This document shows positions 6,406 through 9,562 of a stretch of 9,562 nt of DNA, piece after piece; within the stretch, counting starts at the first letter, position 1; every line of letters starts with the position of its first letter. The position numbers were made by a program, and so were the translations under genes. The notes under the pieces were generated by a model. It did no database searches. It saw nothing but the letters and a program-made list of their open reading frames with translations, and was not told the DNA's origin. Source of the stretch: an uncultured Erysipelotrichaceae bacterium (GTDB taxonomy: Bacteria; Bacillota_I; Bacilli_A; Erysipelotrichales; Erysipelotrichaceae); contig CAYTET010000008.1 in NCBI GenBank assembly GCA_964436975.1, positions 22,439 through 32,000 of the forward strand. The letters run 5' to 3'.

Positions 6406-7788
6406 ATGATGGCTAACAGAAAAAGGAATCCTATCGATCGTCAGATTATAAATATTCTGTTTCCCGTGATGATCGAAAACATTCTGATAACTTTAGCCGG
6501 CATGGTCTTGACCGGATACATCGGTCACTTGACGGTCAGTGACATTTCAGCCTACGGTCTGGCTAACCGCATCTACAATATATACTACTCGGTGTTCCGC
6601 GGCCTGGCTATCGGCGTCATGGTTGTTTCGGCTAAAGCTTATGGAAAAAATGACATTGCCCGCTGCCGCAAGCTGCAGGAAACAGGCTACTGCACAATTG
6701 TGCCGCTGGCCTTGATTATTAGCCTGGTAATAATACTATTCCCCAAACTGTTCATCGGTTTAATGACGGATGATCCGGTTCTGCTGGAAACGGCCAGCCG
6801 TCTGCTGCGGCTGACGGCCTGCGGCTTTCCGTTTATCGCCACCGTAGCGCTCAACTCAGCTGCCTTTCAGGCCCGCGGCAATACCCGCACCCCGATGTTC
6901 ACGGCTTTTTTCGGCAACCTGATTAATATAACAATCGGTTATGCCCTGGTTTTCGGTATCGGTTCACTATCCGGATTGGGCCTGACCGGCGCCGGCATAT
7001 CCCAGATTATCACCCAGGTTTTCATGTGCTCAATGGGTCTGTATCTGATTTACGGTCGCAACGGCCTCTACCGGTTCAACGGCGGAGCCAAAAAACTGCC
7101 CCGCATCGAACGCCAGGACGCCAAAGAGTTGTTTTCCACCGGGGTGCCGGCGGCGCTGGAGAATTCCTTCTGGCAGGTGTCAACGGTTATTCTGAGCAGC
7201 ATAATTCTGAGCTACGGCCAGAACAGCTATGCGGCCTATCAGGTCGGCCTGCAGGCGGAAGGACTGTGCGATATTGTCGCCACCAGTTTTGTGAGCGCTT
7301 CAACGAGCATGGCTGCCATTGCCATCGGGCAGAATGACGATCATCTTTACCAGACTTATTATCATCACCTGATTAAGCAGTGTCTGATTTTCAGTGTTAT
7401 AGCGATAATGATTCTGGCTTTCGGCTCACCGGTGCTGGTCAGACTGCTGACCGACAAGACCGAATTAATCCCGATTGCCCTGAACTATCTGTATACGATC
7501 GTCTGGTGTCATCTGGCCCAGAATCTTTCTAAAGTATTCTTCGGCTACATCCGGGCCAGCCATCATGAAAAAGCGCCGATGATCATCAACTTTGTCGGCA
7601 TCTGGCTGATCAGGCTGCCGCTGGTTTATCTCTTCAGCAAAGTTCTGAAACTGGAAATCACCTGGATATGGTGGGCTTTCAATATTGACCAGTGGTGTGA
7701 GCTGATCATCAGCTTTATCTATCTGAAAAAGCACCGGGTCATGTATTATCTGTCAGACCGGGCCGCCGCTAATCAGCTGCCTCATTAA
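6406..7788 (+). CDS. MATE family efflux transporter
   Basis: 460 aa, which fits the typical 12-TM MATE size and hydrophobicity pattern. The N-terminal IINILFPVMIENILITLAGMVLTGYIGHL...AYGLANRI...GLAIGVMVVSAKAYGKND matches the MATE N-lobe consensus, and the repeat-like second half fits the C-lobe. The start could instead be the adjacent ATG 6409, which has better spacing from the RBS. Stop TAA at 7786-7788. Confidence 0.82.
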   Translation: MMANRKRNPIDRQIINILFPVMIENILITLAGMVLTGYIGHLTVSDISAYGLANRIYNIYYSVFRGLAIGVMVVSAKAYGKNDIARCRKLQETGYCTIVPLALIISLVIILFPKLFIGLMTDDPVLLETASRLLRLTACGFPFIATVALNSAAFQARGNTRTPMFTAFFGNLINITIGYALVFGIGSLSGLGLTGAGISQIITQVFMCSMGLYLIYGRNGLYRFNGGAKKLPRIERQDAKELFSTGVPAALENSFWQVSTVILSSIILSYGQNSYAAYQVGLQAEGLCDIVATSFVSASTSMAAIAIGQNDDHLYQTYYHHLIKQCLIFSVIAIMILAFGSPVLVRLLTDKTELIPIALNYLYTIVWCHLAQNLSKVFFGYIRASHHEKAPMIINFVGIWLIRLPLVYLFSKVLKLEITWIWWAFNIDQWCELIISFIYLKKHRVMYYLSDRAAANQLPH

Positions 7789-9559
7789 GCTTTTCGTTGA
7801 TCAGCTGCATTGTCGGATTGGCCAGCAGACTGGCGGCAAAGCTGTAATCGGCGCAGAGAAGATTTAACAGTTCATAATAGAAGCGGATATTGCGGCTGGT
7901 CAGCCGGCCCTGGAAAAGCAGACCGCAGCCTTTCTGGAAGGGCCCGACAGCCAGCCAGTTGCGGCTGCTGTCAGAGGCAGGAATATAAATAAAACGGATA
8001 GCGGAAGAGGCCATGACAGCCGCTGCCGTTTTTTTCAGGCGCTGGGTAATCTGGGCCTGGTCCGTTGTGGTCAGCAGATGCAGGTTGCCGGCGCACAGAT
8101 TGCGCCGCTTTCTGACCAGCTGGTCGAGATTGGAAGCCTGCGCCGGGCTGACCAGCAGAGCGCTGTCCTGCAGCGGACCGCTGATGGGACTGTCGGTTAT
8201 CAGCAGGTCGTAGTAAAAACCGGTATCTTTAATTGCGCTGCGGTAATCTAAAACGGCTGCGGTCTGATAATACCGGCGGCTGACATTGGCTTTGATCAGC
8301 TGTTTCAGCCGGTTGGCTCCCTCAAGTCCGTTTTGGCTGATCAGGCCGATTTTCAGCGGCGGATAGTGTACCGGCTGCAGCAGGATCAGATAGCTGATAA
8401 AGGAAAGCAGGGGGGCCGCGGCATAGGCCGACGGCTCATAGCCAAAATAGTTACTTAACATTTCCCGGGCCTGCCGGTCAAACAGGGCCAGCAGAACATT
8501 GTCGCCGGCAGTGCTGATCTGGTCCAGGCCGTAAAAACGGGATTCCAGCCGCCGGCAGGCATCAGCCAGCATCCAGCGGTCGGTCAGCTGGTGCAGATAG
8601 TTTTCATCGCTGCGGCTCAGGGGCAGCTGCAGCTCATCATTAAGCCAGTGATAAAAGACATCATATAAAGACGGCCGGCCGGACTGGGCCGGGGCGGTTT
8701 TGACCAGCTGGCTGAGATCATCCGGATTGAAATCGTTGATCAGCAGCACGTAATCAAGGGCGGCTGTTTCAGCGGCCAGGCCAGCAGACGCCAGGCCAAG
8801 ATGCCCGCTAATCTGGCGGGCGGCCGTTGATGAAGGGCGGTCGGGCCAGGGAGAAGCGTCCGGCTGAACCGGCGGAAAGCCAGCGCTGATTCTGGTTGCG
8901 GCTATGCTAAGATAGCTGACAACAGCTGAAGTGTTCAGGCCATCGAGCTGCTGCTGTTCGACAACTTCATCGACCAGCCGACTGATCTGAAGGCGGCGGC
9001 GGCAATAGTTATCTTCCGGACTGACCACGGCCGGATCCAGGATGCCGTAAAGGTCACTCAGACAGAGGCGGATCTTCAGCTGGCTGCCCTTAACCTGCAG
9101 CCCGTCCGTCGGCCGGACGGCAACGGTTAAGCCGTAGGATTCAATATAGCCGCGGGCCCATTTGAGCGGGTCGCGGATGTTGGATTTTGAATAGCCGACC
9201 TGCTGGGCCAACGAGTCAACGGTCAGCGGTCCGGCGGCCATCAGCAGCAGGCGGGCCAGACTGGCTTTCAGCCATAAGTCGGTCTCGCTGTTTATCAGCG
9301 GCGTCAGCCGCTGGCAGAAAGCAAACAGATCAGGACAGCGGCGGTTATAGAGTGCTGAAGCGGTAATACGGCAGTTTATGAAGGTCTTGAAGTCAAAGGC
9401 CAGACCAAATTCACTCTGCAGGTTTTGGAGGGCCCTTTCGGTCTGGCGGCCTTGGTATTCACTCAGGCCAAACCGGCTTAAAAACCCTTTCCGGGACATT
9501 CCCGGATGCTGCAGCAGATAGCCCAATTGGTAATAGTGAAGCAGGTCGGGATGGCGCAT
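7769..9559 (-). CDS. Large putative transcriptional regulator with Mga/BglG(PRD)-like architecture (two N-terminal winged-HTH-like segments, helical middle, EIIB-like segment); function uncertain
   Basis: A 596-aa uninterrupted ORF. LLLMAAGPLTVDSLAQQVGYSKSNIRDPLKWARGYIESYGLTVAVRPTDGLQVKGSQLKIR looks like the DeoR/Mga-type wHTH plus wing seen in BglG/MtlR/Mga-family regulators. An earlier HTH-like segment is LGYLLQHPGMSRKGFLSRFGLSEYQGRQTERALQNL. PLKIGLISQNGLEGANRLKQLIKANV...YYDLLITD resembles a PTS EIIB-like fold but lacks the Cys. The ATG at 9559-9557 is only 3 nt from the window edge with no in-frame stop seen upstream, so the true start may lie outside. The CDS call is strong; the product call is weak. 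Confidence 0.5.
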   Translation of the reverse strand: MRHPDLLHYYQLGYLLQHPGMSRKGFLSRFGLSEYQGRQTERALQNLQSEFGLAFDFKTFINCRITASALYNRRCPDLFAFCQRLTPLINSETDLWLKASLARLLLMAAGPLTVDSLAQQVGYSKSNIRDPLKWARGYIESYGLTVAVRPTDGLQVKGSQLKIRLCLSDLYGILDPAVVSPEDNYCRRRLQISRLVDEVVEQQQLDGLNTSAVVSYLSIAATRISAGFPPVQPDASPWPDRPSSTAARQISGHLGLASAGLAAETAALDYVLLINDFNPDDLSQLVKTAPAQSGRPSLYDVFYHWLNDELQLPLSRSDENYLHQLTDRWMLADACRRLESRFYGLDQISTAGDNVLLALFDRQAREMLSNYFGYEPSAYAAAPLLSFISYLILLQPVHYPPLKIGLISQNGLEGANRLKQLIKANVSRRYYQTAAVLDYRSAIKDTGFYYDLLITDSPISGPLQDSALLVSPAQASNLDQLVRKRRNLCAGNLHLLTTTDQAQITQRLKKTAAAVMASSAIRFIYIPASDSSRNWLAVGPFQKGCGLLFQGRLTSRNIRFYYELLNLLCADYSFAASLLANPTMQLINEKLNEAAD

Positions 9560-9562
9560 AAA

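Noticed and set aside
1-9562. A search for CRISPR arrays, tRNA/rRNA genes, IS elements or integrases, terminal inverted repeats and riboswitch-sized leaders
   Set aside because: The non-coding gaps are only 54, 119, 56 and 160 nt and are accounted for by terminators, promoters and RBSs. No periodic repeats or recombinase-like ORFs were seen on either strand.

Overview
Densely coding 9.56-kb segment, moderately GC-rich by eye, with GGAGG-type ribosome-binding sites that suggest a Firmicutes-like host; the taxon cannot be assigned from sequence alone. Bases 1-4815 (+ strand) are the distal part of a nucleoside-scavenging operon. It holds the C-terminal half of a duplicated-NBD ABC ATPase (cut by the window edge), two BMP/YufP-YufQ-type permeases, a hairpin terminator, and two tandem, translationally coupled IUNH-family nucleoside hydrolase paralogs. 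Bases 4816-9562 hold four functionally unrelated genes in alternating orientation. These are a class I SAM methyltransferase broken by a 1-nt insertion in an A6 run, a convergent flavin-reductase-like protein, a divergent MATE efflux transporter, and a convergent gene of at least 596 aa. That last protein looks like an Mga/BglG-type HTH regulator, its gene overlaps the MATE gene's 3' end by 20 nt, and it may continue past the right edge. I found no rRNA, tRNA, CRISPR array, transposase, integrase or long repeats. I also see no convincing evidence of a new multi-gene system. The items most worth a second look are the divergent hydrolase pair behind an internal terminator, the poorly classifiable large regulator, and the frameshifted methyltransferase. 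All product calls rest on motif recognition by eye; no database searches were run.
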